Of a DNA stretch of 64,000 nucleotides, positions 11,631-24,640 are shown piece after piece. Source of the DNA: Lama glama (taxonomy: Eukaryota); contig CM052824.1 of assembly GCA_028534125.1 (NCBI GenBank), forward strand, positions 42,656,001-42,720,000. The letters run 5' to 3'. How positions within the stretch are numbered: position 1 is the first letter of the stretch; every line of letters starts with the position of its first letter. The notes beneath the pieces are model-generated. The model ran no database searches and was not told the origin of the DNA. It worked only from the letters and a program-made list of their open reading frames with translations. The position numbers were made by a program, and so were the translations under genes.

Positions 11631-13544
11631 ATGTGAGCTCCTGGGAAGGGCCTGGGTAGGGGAGCAGGCATGGACAGGTCACAGCCCCGCTGGAGAATTC
11701 CTTGCCATGGCCTCAGGGGATTCTGCACACCTCCCGCCCCGGTTGGTGGGCCCCTTGAAGTGTGCCCTCCTGCAGGAAGCCCACGACTCACCCTCCTGGG
11801 TCTGCCCCAATACGGGTCCTCGGAGTTCATCCACGTGTGTCCCTAGAGCTGGAGCTGCTTAGCTCGCAGTGGAGCGCCCAGAGGCTGCCTGGTAACCCTG
11901 CCTGCAGCTCCTTTGACTGCTTCTGTACCTGACTTCTGAGAACAGCGAACACCAGTTCCTCAAGGACTCCTCGAATGCAGAGTCTTCTCTGATTCACCCC
12001 ATCTCCCCTCTCAGGCCACCAGCACCTCTCCCTGCCCAGCTAGAGGCCCTCAGGTGGGTCTTCCTGTGTCTGCTCACTGACTCCTCTCGTCTGCTGCTGG
12101 AGCTGACAGAGTGAGATGCTCTGATCTGAAATACGTTGCAGCAGTTCGAGCAAGTGAATGAGGCTTCTGGGAAGGAGGAAGGAATGGGACACCTGAACCA
12201 CTCCACACTTCCCCTCCCCCTCTGCCTCCTACTCCCCGCTTTTGTGTGACTTGGGCAAGAGGCTTTAATGAGAGGCACTTCTGGTCCCTGGAGCCTGGCT
12301 GCCCAGGCTTTTTCCCACCAGAATTTCTGATGAAGCCCATACCACGTGCTTTCATGGGGACACAGGAGGGTGCTGGGAGAATTTAATTAACTCCCTATGT
12401 ATGTGCTTGTGTGTGCATGTCATCCTTTACAAAGCATTTTTCTCCTGTTCCTTCTCCATAGTCCCATTTTACAGATGACACCACTGAGGCAATAAGGCCA
12501 GCTGTTTGCTACTAGAGTTTCCAGCTAGTTAGTGGCGGCAGGTGGACTTGAACTTCGGTTTGACTGATAGAAAGTCACTGCCTCCTCAGATACATCAAGG
12601 AGTCAAGAATCTCTGAGCAGAGGAGGAGTAGGGCCGTGGGTGCGGAGGCTGGAGGTCCTAAGGACAATCGTATTCCCCCAGGTCGGTGCCTGAGTCTCAT
12701 CCATCTAATCTCCTTCAGCAGATCTCCCGGCTTCCTTCAAAATGCCCCCCATCACAGAGCAAAGCCCCCACCAAGAGCAGCTTGACTACAGAGTCCTTCC
12801 TTCCCATATGCTGAAATTCCTTCCTTCACCCCTTCATTCATCCGTCACGCATATTGATGCCTATTACGTGCCAGGGTCCAGGCCCAGGAAGACTGCAGCA
12901 AATGAGGCTGGTACGCCTCAGTGGAGCTGAATTGGTTCAAAGATACACACACAGTCAGATGAGGAAAGAGCCAGGGGTCCTGGGGGAGAGGGATCTGATA
13001 TTGGTCCACTTCTGGCCACTGCTGGGGACTGTCCACTCCTTTGGCTGACACATGGCTGTTCAGGACGATGCTCCAGCCCAGGCTCACCCCACCTGCACTT
13101 GTCTGCCCAGCCCCAGGCTCTCTAACTCTCAGAGAGTCTTCTCAGCCTATGGATGTTGTGATGCAGTGTGCTCCCAGCTCCCTCCACTGCCACGTGCCTT
13201 GGCTTCCCGCTGAGGCCACCATAAAAGGCAGAATTTGCAAACCCAATCTGAGCTTCACCTCCCCTCCCCTTCACCAAAAAGCTAATTGGTTTTGCAATTA
13301 AAGCATGCAGAGAACAGGCGATGCAATCAATTTTACAAAAACTTGTTTAGTAATGAAGTGTTTACTTCCAAACGGGACACCTTCTCCGCATATCAATCCA
13401 GGCTTCTCACACAGCGTGAACACAATTCTCTCCTGACTGACTTTGCAGGCCCTCTCAATGTGTTTTACACACTGGATCCCGGAAGGACTTCGAGGCATCA
13501 TTTAAATCCGGTCCCTTGATTCTCCCTGAGAGGCAAGTATAATT

Positions 13545-13890
13545 TTCTCTGTCTCACAGAAGAGGAGACAGAGGGTCAGGGAAGTGCAGTGTGACTGGCC
13601 CAAGCTGCATTGTAGGCTTCTGGCCTCACTGCTCTTCCTGTCCCACCGCATGTTTAGAAGCCAAAAAATCTGAGTCAAAGAGAGAACAGAGTTCCCTTCT
13701 CCAAATGAAGCAGTCTGCTATGTGTATCACTCACTCTTTGCAAGCTCCACCCCAGGCTGTCAATTTACATCACCGCATCCAATCCTCACAGCAGCCTTCC
13801 AAGGACGTGTCATGATCCACTTTTAAAGATGAGGAGACCGAGGGTCAGAGAAGTTAAGTAGTCTGGCTGAGTCCACACAGCACAGGCTCC
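13545..13890 (-). mobile_element. MIR fragments
   Basis: aatcctcacagcagcc...ttttaaagatgaggagaccgagggtcagagaagttaagt. Confidence 0.7.
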
Positions 13891-13987
13891 CTGGCCATCC
13901 TTCTAGGGCAGGTACATTGTAAATATGGGGGGGGCTTGTATATATTGTGGGAAGAGTATAGGCTTTGGCAGCCAGCCAGCCAGCTAA

Positions 13988-14026
13988 CCATCCATCCATC
14001 CATCCATCCATCCATCCATCCATCCA
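13988..14026. repeat. (CCAT)n tetranucleotide repeat at an L2 3' tail
   Basis: Directly visible, adjoining the L2 3' end. Confidence 0.95.
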
Positions 14027-14029
14027 AAT

Positions 14030-14300
14030 CATTCATTAGTTGGGTCATTCATTAATCAGATTTTGATTGAGCTGTGTGCCAGGCTCCATGCTAGGAATTC
14101 AGTAAAAAGCAAAGCAGACCAGACCCACTCCAACTGGGCTCACAGACTGGAAAGTGAGGGGAGATAAACTTGATAACAGAATCATGAAACAAAATGGAAA
14201 ATAGCACATGTGGCAGGGCTGACAAGACAATGCAGATGGAGGGAGATGTGAGGGCCTGTGATGAGAGCACCTTCCTGGAGGAGGTGACACAGGAGCAAGA
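14030..14300 (-). mobile_element. L2 3' end
   Basis: attgagctgtgtgccaggc...gggctcacagactgg...cttcctggaggaggtgaca. Confidence 0.7.
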
Positions 14301-14400
14301 TGTGAGACCTGGAGGCCACTTGTGGAACAAGTTTGCCTGTGGCCTGGGACTCTGAGCAAGCCGATGATTACAGTCCTGGAAATTCCAAGATTCTGTGATA

Positions 14401-14885
14401 TGACTGAGGTGGGAAGCCCCATAAAAAAGATCAGCAGGACCCCCAGGCAGGGCCACTACTCTCCTGCCAGCACCATCCAGTTCCCTGGCCCAGAGGCTCT
14501 ATCTCACTGTTTGCCTCTGAAACGGCATCCTCCTAGGAAAGTGGAACTTACCCCTAAAATTCTATCGGTTCCCTGCTCTCACTCTTGATTGATTATTTCC
14601 TTCACTCCTGATTGGTCCATTTCTACAAAGCTTGTTCCTAATTAGTCAACTTTTGTTATACCTTATTTGCATATGATGTTACAAAGTGTAAACTGGCAGC
14701 CTATAAAAGCCTGTGTAAACCTATACACTGGGTCCAGAGCTTGGAGTGTTAACTCCTCTGGGCCCGCTGGTGTAATAAACCTGAGTTCTCCAACTCTCCG
14801 AGTGCTTCTTGGTCTCTTGCCCAGATCCAGGTTGCTGTCACAACTGAGCTGTAACACTGAGTTGTAACACATTTTTTCTGCAACA
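14401..14885 (+). mobile_element. Complete solo ERV LTR (485 bp) with intact promoter elements
   Basis: TG...CA ends. Perfect 5-bp TSD TGATA at 14396-14400 and 14886-14890. ATTGG 14611-14615, ATTTGCAT 14665-14672, TATAAAA 14702-14708, AATAAA 14774-14779. Confidence 0.92.
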
Positions 14886-15724
14886 TGATACGTTCAGATT
14901 CTATGACTTTGGCCCAGAATTTTGTGGTTTTAAGAGTCTATTAAAGTAAAAACTTTAAGACTTGATAACCTAAGATCCTGGGATTCTGACTCAAGCTTTT
15001 ATATTTAAGTTTCTATGAAGTAAAGACCTGGGAATTGAAGACTCCGGGATTCGAGGGCTGTCGGTCAGGTTCCGAGAGGCTGGGATTCCAGCGTGGTGGC
15101 CCTTGCTGCCTGAGAAGCCCCTGCCGGGGTGTCTCCTCCACTGGCTGCGAGTTTCCCCCGGCTCACAAGGTGGATGTATACGTAGCTCTTTGTGGCATGG
15201 AGAATGCAATTTATTCTGCAGTTTCAGAGTCAGCCGGTTGCTTATCTACATGTTCCAGGTTCCAGAATAAATATTAGAAGACAAGTCTGTGGAGATTTTT
15301 CTGTGTGTACACGAGTTAATTCCTCCAGCCGGGGGCTTGTCCAGACACGGATTTTAACACAGGGCGTCACTCCCACACTCACCGCAAGACAGGGCTGGTG
15401 ACTGGGGTTGCAGTGAGCCCAGCAGAGGGCCCAGGGCCCCTGTCTCCCGAGGAAGGGACCCGAGAGGGGCCTTTGGGCTGGTGGGACTCGGGGGAGGGAG
15501 AGGAGCCCCAGCGGGTCTGGGCCCTGTGCGCTTGGATGGGGCCATTCTCTGCAAGCATCTGGGGTCTCTGCATGAAGCCCTGGGTCTGGGCTCACCTGGG
15601 GCTGGTGCTAGAGGAGCCCCCGAGCAGGGCGGGAGGGGCAGGGCAGCCCCCACCACGGGGTCTGACGCTGCGCTGGGCCCCGGGTGGGCTCCGAGGTCAG
15701 ACAGCCGGGGCAGATCTCACCAGC

Positions 15725-16040
15725 TCAGCCGTGTGACCTCTTCAACCCCGTTGGGATTCAGTTTCCTCAAAGGGATCCATGGTCGTAACCTCCCTGTCTG
15801 CCTGTTTGGTGGTTCTGAGAGTTAGAGGAGACCACCAGGCATGGTTCTAGGGTTAGAGGAGACCACTAATGAGCATCAGCCCGCAAACGCTCTCATACAC
15901 CTGCTGGGGCCGGGCTCTGTGAAGCGCTTTACCCAGGTTCCATCCTCACCCCTGCCCAAGGAGGAGCGCTGTCATTACCGCACTTCACAGAGGAGGAAAC
16001 GGAGGCACAGGGAGGGTAAGTAAATTGCCCAATGTCAGGC
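15725..16040. mobile_element. Tail-to-tail MIR pair
   Basis: gtgtgacct...cagtttcctca (+) followed by cacagaggaggaaacggaggcacagggagggtaagtaaattgccca (-). Confidence 0.65.
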
Positions 16041-16099
16041 AGGTTGGCTCCAAAAACTTGTGAACACATTTAAAATCATGTAAGTTTTTCCAGCAATCA

Positions 16100-16540
16100 T
16101 CCTAGCTGGGTGCTCAGCCCTGGTGCCCTTAGATACTTTCATGGGATCTGTCCGGGCCGGGTTCAGGCCGCTGTCCTCGCTCACCTGCACCAAGGCCCCA
16201 GCTTCATGTCTTGCTGGCTCCAACCTACCCTCGTCCCCCAGTGGCAAACTGGCCGGAAATCTGCCCTGGCCCCCTGGCTCCCTAAAAGGCCTTGGCCTGG
16301 CCTTCAAGGCCCTTCGTGATTCATCCAGCCTTTCTGTTCCATCTTCCATCTTCTTCTACACACCTCCGCTTGGATCAGGCCATCCGGCGTCATTCCTAGC
16401 GCTTCCCCGAACTATGTCCTTCCAGGGCACTGGGCCTTTGCACGTGCTGGTTCTCATGCCATCTCGTCTGCTCCTTTGGCCAGTTCTTACCCAGGTGAGG
16501 CAACGTGCTGCCCTGGGTCTTCCCTTTCTCCCTGCCACCC
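16100..16540 (+). mobile_element. L2 fragment
   Basis: ggcctggccttcaaggcccttcgtgat...gggcctttgcacgtgctg. Confidence 0.65.
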
Positions 16541-19500
16541 CAGATCACTCTGGGACTTGAGCTGCTTCCATATCAGCAGCCCCCAAGGAGTCAGGAACAG
16601 AGAGAGGCCCAGGCATTTGGCAAGGGCAGAAGCCAGGCTGCCTTGCTGCAGAAAGAAAGCTCATCCTGGGCCTGCACCCTGTCCAGGCCCTTCCACTAAC
16701 GGTTATGGGGTGGCTTGGAGGCAGAGGACAGTCCCTCAGACCTGCACCCTCCCTGGTGGCCCCTGTCCTTCACTCAAAGAGACACAGAGACACAGAGACC
16801 AGGAGAGGCTGTGTCCTGGCCTAGGAAACACTGTCAGATGGAAGAGGGAAGAGCCAGGCAGGGCTGAGGAGAGAGAGGTGGACAAGAGCAAGGTGGCAGG
16901 GAGACAGAGAGGCTGGGCCCCAGATACGGGGGTCCTCATCCACCCTCCCTGGAGCAGTGTACTCCTCGTCCATGTGGGTGACCACAAGCACAGGCCTGGC
17001 TGAGAATTACCAAGCTCAGGCCCCATTTCTGCCCTTCCCTTGCTGAACAACCTTGGGTAAGTCACTCAGCCTCTCTGTGCCTCGGTTTCCTCATCTGCTA
17101 CATGGGCACCGTGACCGTGCCAGCCTTGTAGGACCGCGATGTGGATTCAGACAGGAACGCAGAGAAGGGGCAAGGCTGGGCTTGACACTTGTGTTAGCTC
17201 CATCTCTGAATGTCCACTTTCTCGGGGTGACTGGGTTGGAGGGTACATGCAACCACGTCACAGCCTCACAGTGTCGTGTTTGTGTCACTCTGTCAACCCA
17301 TCCCAGCCCTGGATGAGCCTGAGCTCACCTGGCAACTGAACAAAACCATTCCAGGCTCACCGAGGCCCTGGGGGAGAGGAATGAAAGCATCATCTTCCAC
17401 TTCCAGGTTTCTGACAACATCAGTGTTTCCACTCGCTGGGTGAGCATCTCAGTGGGGCTGGGTGGATACAGAACAGGGACCAGGGAGAGCTGATCCCTGC
17501 TCCTCCTGACAAGGCTGCTGAGGGAGGGAGGAGGGCGGCGGAGCAGAGGAACTCGTGGATACAACACGCCTAACTCCCATGTTCCCAGACCCCAGGCTTC
17601 CTGCCTCTAACGAGGAGGGGCCTAACCTTTAATGTGTCAATGACAGAATCCCAGCCCGGAACCTCTGAGCTGTGAGTGGTCCATCCTCCAAACATCTTGG
17701 CTCCTAAGTTCAACTCTTGCTTTGATCCTTCAAACCCTCTTGTTCCTGTCTGGCCACCTGCAGCCACTGGTCTTTTCTTTGCCCTGATATGAATCAAACC
17801 TCAGAACCCTGTCCCCAGGACCCTCCAGTTCCTATAGAGCCATATCGAGGAGGCTGCCAACTTTCTGGAAGGTTAGGGCAAAGTGGAGGAGCTTGCACCC
17901 TTCCCCAAACTCCCCAGGGAGTCTCCCCCACCCCCTGCAAGGATTACAGGCTTCATTACTTACAGACACAAGCAATAAATGTGGTAAAGAGAAGAGCAGC
18001 TTGCCAAGAAAGGAACTAGCAAGGGACTGCGGCCAGTGAGTGGGGCCAGGTAGGGTCTCAGAGAAGTTGATTTGAAGGAGAGGTCTGGAGGGTGAGTGAG
18101 ATTTAGCTAAAGTGCGCGGGTGGCGAGAGCAGGAAAGAACACCAGATGGAGGCCTGGAGGGGACGGAGCATGATGGGAAAGGGAACAGCATGCAGACTCG
18201 AGAGTCTGCAGGGTGGTGACCAAGGGGGCCGAGGCCAAGATGAAGCCAGAGAGATGGGCCACAGCCAGGCAGGGCCATGGAGGCCCCAGCCAGGATCTGC
18301 ATCCCAAGGACAGAAGTGGCTACCAAGGGGAGATCGTCAAAGACCAGGTGACCCTGGTCTGGGAGAAGTTTGGGATAATTCTTGCAGGAAATAATGGGGA
18401 TGGGCCCAGCCTCCTGGCAATGATGCAATCAGTAAATCTGCCAAGAGGCCCAGGTCCCCCACTGTCCCCCATGGAGACAGGCGCTCCAGACATACAAGAG
18501 AGAGTCACACTTTACAAAAGTTCCATCAACTAGCCCTTGCTCCCAAGTCCTGTCTTGCCACATATGCAAGAGAAGTAGTATTCATACAGTAGACAATCTG
18601 AATTATTTGGGGCAACTCCACAAGCCCTGGATCTCCTGGGATGTGGCTTTGCTGCTGGCATTGGAAAGAACACCAGAGATTCCATGTCATGACTGCTTGG
18701 CCACATAGAGATCGGGAGAGCAGGACCCCAGCATCACGGGCACAGGCAGGACGGCTTATTATCCAAGGGGCAGTGGAACAGAGCAAGCACAGCCCCACCT
18801 CCTGACCCTGCGCCCAGCTGTGCTGCGGACGTCCACTGTTTAATCACACCGACATTTAGACGCCTTGACTTTTAAACAGATCCCAAACTGAATTCAGGGG
18901 AACACTAGTTCTGGGTGGTAGTAATCGGTGCTCCAAGAACAAAGGCTTATTATGTTGTCAAATAAGTTTGAAGAACATTATCAATCACACATATTTGTGG
19001 GCTGAATGCCCGGTGAAGTCCTGAAGTTGGCGAAGACATTTCAAAAAAAGCGACCAAGATGTACTCAAAATCCTTTCATGAAAAAACAGTTGCTCCTCTT
19101 CTCAAAAAAGTGAAAATAACACAATTTCACAGTAAAAGACAGGCCTTTCCAAAAAGAAGTTGGCTTTTGCTGACAGATGACCTTGACCTGGTTTTTCTCA
19201 TTTCACTGAGAACCTGTGACGCTTTCATCCCAGGCTGCCGTGTCGGCAGCAGGTTCAGGTCTGTGCACCGGCTCAGTCAGGGCTGGGAGACCCTCAGCCA
19301 CTGTTCCCTCTGGAGCCCAAGGGGCCCAGGGTGAGGGTTCACTCCGTGAGCTTAATTTCACTCCCTCCACCCGGGTCCACGCCTCCTGCCCAGACTTGCC
19401 CTCCCCTGTCTGTGCCAGACTTGGGGTTCCAGCCCCACCAGCCCCAGGCCTGGGATCCATGTGGCAAAGGCAGAGCTGACGGAGAATCACCCATGGGTCA

Positions 19501-20334
19501 GGAGAGTGGGTCCGGGTCCTGTTCTATCAGTGACCCTGGGCAGGTCACGTCCCCACTCTTGGCCTCAGTTTCCCCAACTGTCCGAGGATGGGTTTGATTG
19601 AATGATCTGGTTCCTGCCCCCTCTGCTGACCCAACAATCTATGATTCCGTGCGGGAAACTCTCGCTCAGATCTTCATGGGAAAAGGACATTCATTCTAGC
19701 ATGACGGTCCCTGCTAGGGAGGTAAGAAAGGGGAACAAATGTTGGCCTGATATGAAAGGGGACCACAATGATCGGAATCCAAAAGGCACTGTCTCGTGCG
19801 GGTCCGTGCTGGCCTGGCCACAGTGAGTATTTGTTCCCAGTGTGAGCTGAGCAGGAGGGAGCCCTGAGCCAAAAGCAGGTGTTTTCCTCTGAGATGCAGG
19901 TTTTAGGATTAACTGAGCCGGTGAGAAGGAGGGAAGCCCCTTCTGGATGACAGAGCCTTTGAGGAAATGGACCAGTGGGAGGGGGCTGATGATGCCTAAT
20001 GACAGGAGAGGACATGAGAGTTGGGGAGGGAGTGTCACCACCACCACCACCATCATCATCAAAATAACAGCTAAAAATTGTCATGAGCCTACTATGTGCC
20101 GGCTTCCTCAGTGCTGTTAAGCAGCGAGCCCAGGGCCCAGCACACAGTAGGTGTCCATGTGGCTGGGCTGATTAACCCAGTGATTGCCAGTGTCTATTTT
20201 CGATCCTTTTGAAACCATGTCTCGTAGTTCTAGTTTCTGGTTTCTGGTATCTCAGACCAATTGTTGGGATACTACTAAGAGTGAAATTGAAAGAGAAAGG
20301 GCGCAGCTCTCTAGAATTAGAACTTGTTAATTTG

Positions 20335-20973
20335 TGAAGATAGACTTACTCTATGATCCAGCAGCTCCCCTCCTGGGCATATATCCAGAGGGAACTGTGA
20401 TTTGAAAAGATACATGCACCCCGATGTTNNNNNNNNNNNNNNNNNNNNNNNNNNNNNNNNNNNNNNNNNNNNNNNNNNNNNNNNNNNNNNNNNNNNNNNN
20501 NNNNNNNNNNNNNNNNNNNNNNNNNNNNNNNNNNNNNNNNNNNNNNNNNNNNNNNNNNNNNNNNNNNNNNNNNNNNNNNNNNNNNNNNNNNNNNNNNNNN
20601 NNNNNNNNNNNNNNTAAGCTAGAAAGAGAAAAGAAAATACCATATGATGTCATTTACATGTGGAATCTAAAAAAAGAAAAAGACATAAATGAACTTATTC
20701 ACACAACAGAAACAGATTCACAGACATAGAAACGAAGGTACTATTACATGAGGGGGGAAAGGGTGGGGGTAGCAGATACTAACTACTATGCATAAAATAC
20801 ATAAACAACAAGGTCCTACTGTACAGCACAGGGAACTGCATTCAATGCTTTGTAATGGCCTATAATGAAAAAATATGAAAAGGAATATATATGTGTATAT
20901 ATGTATAAATGAATCACTATGCTGTACACCAGAAATTAAAACATTGTATATCAACTATACTTCAATTAAAAAA
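20335..20973 (+). mobile_element. 5'-truncated lineage-specific L1 (ORF2 end and 3' UTR), with an internal assembly gap
   Basis: tatgatccagca...cctgggcatatatcc; gtacagcacagggaact; ctatacttcaattaaaaaa tail. Possible diverged 16-bp TSD (20319-20334 vs 20973-20988, 12/16 identical) after a TT|AGAA site. Confidence 0.9.
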
Positions 20974-22234
20974 GAGAGTGTTAGTTTGATCCAGGAAATA
21001 GAGTCCCCACCCTCCAGAATCTTATCACCCCATGAAGGAGGCTGACCTAGAAACAAAGAACAGCACACAATTGTCCCTGTTCTTTCTGCCCCCATCTTAC
21101 ATGAAGGAGATGGAGTCCCAAAGATGTCAAGTGATTCGCCCAAGGTCACAGAGCTCAGATAGCAGAACAGGTCCAAACCCCAGCCTCCTGCCACAAAGGC
21201 CCATGCTTCTTTCCCCACTCCACCCTGCCCTGCAAGCACAGGAGATGAGTTAGGAAAGAGGCCAGCATGGTACAGAGGCATCTGGGAAGGCTTCCTGGAG
21301 GAGGAGTAGGAGCCCAAGCTGGACCTTGAAGGAAAACCTGGAGGAGAAGAGCATGCAGGGAGGAAGAGTAGCCCTCAGTTTGCTGCTCCCAGCTCTTTAG
21401 GTCTCTGTGTCTGGAATTCTCCATGAGGAGTTTCAAGGTCTTCCTTGAGCAGGTACCTGGGAACCTTTCCCCAGAGCAGGTGGAGCTGCATCCCGGGCCA
21501 GGTTGGAGGCAGCTCACAGGTAGGGGGGCAGCAGGCAGGCGGAGCAGGAGCTCCTGTGAACATTCTGTTCACCTGATTTCTGTTCCAGGTGCCCCTGAAT
21601 GGGAGGGAGGGTGGCAGTGTCCTTGCCCATCTGTGCTGAGAGGACAACGGTCTCACAAGTGCTCTGATGAGGTCGTTAAAACCATATTCCATCAGCCAAT
21701 CAGCCCCACCAGACACAGTTTCCACAAGTGTCTCATTAGCCTGAGAACTTCACTGCCTTCGGCCTTTTGAAGGTAACAATGCCCCCCATTATGTCCATAA
21801 TCATTTCCCCCTCAGTTTCTGCCTCCAAAGCCCGTGTTGACAGCCCATTTCCCCCGCTGAGCCCACAGAAGCAAAACACCTCCCCACCACATGAAAATGC
21901 ACATCGGCTCAGCTGCTCTGTTGACATCCCCCATGTGCAGGTGGGGCTGGGGAAGCCTGCATGTTTTGGGAGCCCAGTGCCTGCGTGGGGCTGGGAAGAC
22001 ATCAGTTCTCTGCCCAGATAGCTTTCCAGACGAGACCCTGGCCACTGAGTCAGGATTCCTTTAAATCTCAAATCCCCTCTCTCTCCCTTCCTCTGACAGA
22101 TGTTTATTAATGCCAGTTACGTGCAGACACTGCGGTGGATGCCAGGCTCCGTGGACGTCTGAGGCAGATTCCAGCCCTTGGTGCACAGCCTGTCTTGATA
22201 CCAATGCCAACAGAGGGTGAGCCAGGGTGACAAT

Positions 22235-22770
22235 ATTCATTTATTTATGCAACACATTTGTCGAGCACCTGCTAGGTGACAGCCAGTGTATTAGGGAAAC
22301 TGACAGCAAGCAAATTACCACGGTCCCTGGCCCCTGGAGATCACAGTCTAGAGAGGGAGACAGACATTAATCTAGAATCACACAATTAAAGGTATCATGA
22401 TATGGGCTGTAAAGACAAGGCTCTTGGGGGCTGAGAGCATAGGGTTGGGGGTCAAGGGAGAACCGAGAATGCTTTCCTAAGGGCAAAATGCCTGAGCTGG
22501 GGTCTGAAGGAAGAACAGGAATTATCTGTCACAAGAACAGCATATGCAAAGGCACTGTGGCTGGAGGGCTCTTGGTGACCAAGAAAAACTCTAAGACCTA
22601 CCTGGTTGAACAATAGGAGTTGGGGGCAGCCTGGAGAAGGGGGCACAGGCCAGACCATGTGTGGCCTCAAATTCCACCTTAAGGGTTTTAATCTTCATCC
22701 CAAGAACAGTGGAGGCGTTTGGAGTGTTTTAAGTGGTAGTGCCAAATAGGAGAGTTTGGGTTAGATTCAT
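22235..22770 (-). mobile_element. L2 3' region
   Basis: cattatttatgcaacacatttgtcgagcacctgcta-like start; cacagtctagagagggagacagac; cagcatatgcaaaggcac. Confidence 0.8.
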
Positions 22771-24504
22771 TCATCCATCTAACAAATATGACCTTGGAAT
22801 GAGTCCCTGGACACATTCTGCCCTGGCATCTGTCCACTTTCTTCCCATGGTCTCACCAATCTGATCCCTTAACACTCAGCTCGGGTGTTTCCTCCAGGAA
22901 GCCTCCCTGGTCGCCAGGATGAGTCGCCTCTCCTTTGTGCTTCCACGGCACCCAGCAAGCATCCCTGATGACTATGAGCCAGGCCCGCCACACCCCCTCG
23001 CCAGAAGAAAGACTCAAGAGGGATAGGAGAGGGGTGTCAAGTCTTAATCTCCTTCCAGTCATTCTCCTTTCTGACCAGAAGCTCCAGGGGGGGCGGGCAG
23101 GGCTCTGTCCATCTCGCACACTGAGGACCTGCAGAACACACAGCAGGATGGACAGTACTGGCAGGAAGGAAGGAAGAGAGGGAGGGAGGAAGGGAGAGGG
23201 GAAGGTGGCAGACTCAAGGGTCTTGCTTCATAAGCACAGAGTGAGACGGAAGGCAGAGGAGAAAATTGGAATTTAATAGGTTATGAGAAGTGAGGAAAGC
23301 AGAAAAGATGAAATATTTAAAATGGTCACACTGTGACCTGTAACATTTTGCTTAATCAAGTACAAATTGCTCTGTGCCTCAGGTGGACGTGAGAAGCGGG
23401 CGGAGTTTGCATGTCAGAAGAGCTTTCTGGAGTGAAACTTTTTTATGAGGGTCATTTCACACTAAAGCTGGGTACATTCGCGGTGTCAGGGCAGAAGAAA
23501 TTCCAGCCCTACAGCCGGAAAAGAGCAGAGGCCCGGACACGAGGCTGGGTTTGGGTGTCTGGTCCAACCACACCGAGGCAGTGGGTTTGGGCAGAGGCCC
23601 CAGGAAGGAGAGGGACCCCTGCCGGGCACCCCTCCCAGTCCTGTGAACAGGGCTGTGATGTCCTGGGACCCCTCCCAGGCCCACCTTGCCTTAAAGGATG
23701 AGAGCTGGGCCAGGGCTGTCTAGGAGGTCCCAGGAGCTGCCTCCAGGCCGTTTCCCCGGCATAGCACATCCAAGGCCAACCTGAGGCCCTCTTGCTGGGG
23801 TGTCCTGGTGGACCGGGGCCCTCCACACCTGGATCAGTCTTGGCTGCCCTGACCGCCAGCTGTCAGCTTCCTATAAAGCAGTAATATTTCATTCATTCAT
23901 CAAATATTAATTGAGTGTCTGGAGTGTGCCAGGCAGTGTCCTAGCTGCAGGGACAGCATAGTGGAGACAGAAGGGGTCCTTGCTTCCATGGCATTTCTCT
24001 AATTGGCAATTGTCCTCTATCCTAGGCTTGGAGGGGGATCAGGGTAATGGATGTGGGGCCCAGGACTCAAGGCCTGTGCGCTGTTAGAGCTCTGGAACCC
24101 TCTGTGGGATGAAGGTCAACAACAGAGTGACAGGCCCAGGGCTCCTGGGATTCTGAGGTGCTGACTCACCTCCTCTCCCTCACCAGCCCAAGGGTTGGTG
24201 CTGCTCCAAGGAGGAAACCAAGGCTCAGAGAGGTCAAGTGCATTGCCCAAGGGCACATAGCTAGCCCTGCCCAAGGGCCAGGTCACATCCTGGCCTTGTG
24301 CTCTTCCCATGACCCTGGGTTATGTTTCTGTCACCAAAGCCATCTTCTGCAGCCCTTGGGGTCAGATCCCTGGGCATCAGAGGGGTCTCCCAGGCCATTC
24401 CACAGTTACCTGGCCCTCAGATGAGCCAGGCCACCAAGCTCGTCTTCCTCCACGCCCCCCTCCCTGCCCCATGAGGGTGTGCTGATCCTGGCTGGGGGCC
24501 TTCC

Positions 24505-24640
24505 TGACTGTGTGACTTGGCCCTTCACTCCACCTCTCTGGGGCCAATGTCCCTCCCTTGTAAAATGATACTGACAGTCCCCAGCACCCGGAGGTTGCTG
24601 TGAGGAAGGAGTGAAGTAATGTGTGTAAATCTGGGAGCAG
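24505..24640 (+). mobile_element. MIR SINE
   Basis: ctgtgtgacttgg...tgtaaaatgata...gttgctgtgagga. Confidence 0.7.

Noticed and set aside
20087-20152. Short hairpin from opposed MIR/L2 tails (16-bp arms, 13 matches)
   Set aside because: The stem is too short for a pre-miRNA and is an expected by-product of adjacent repeats.
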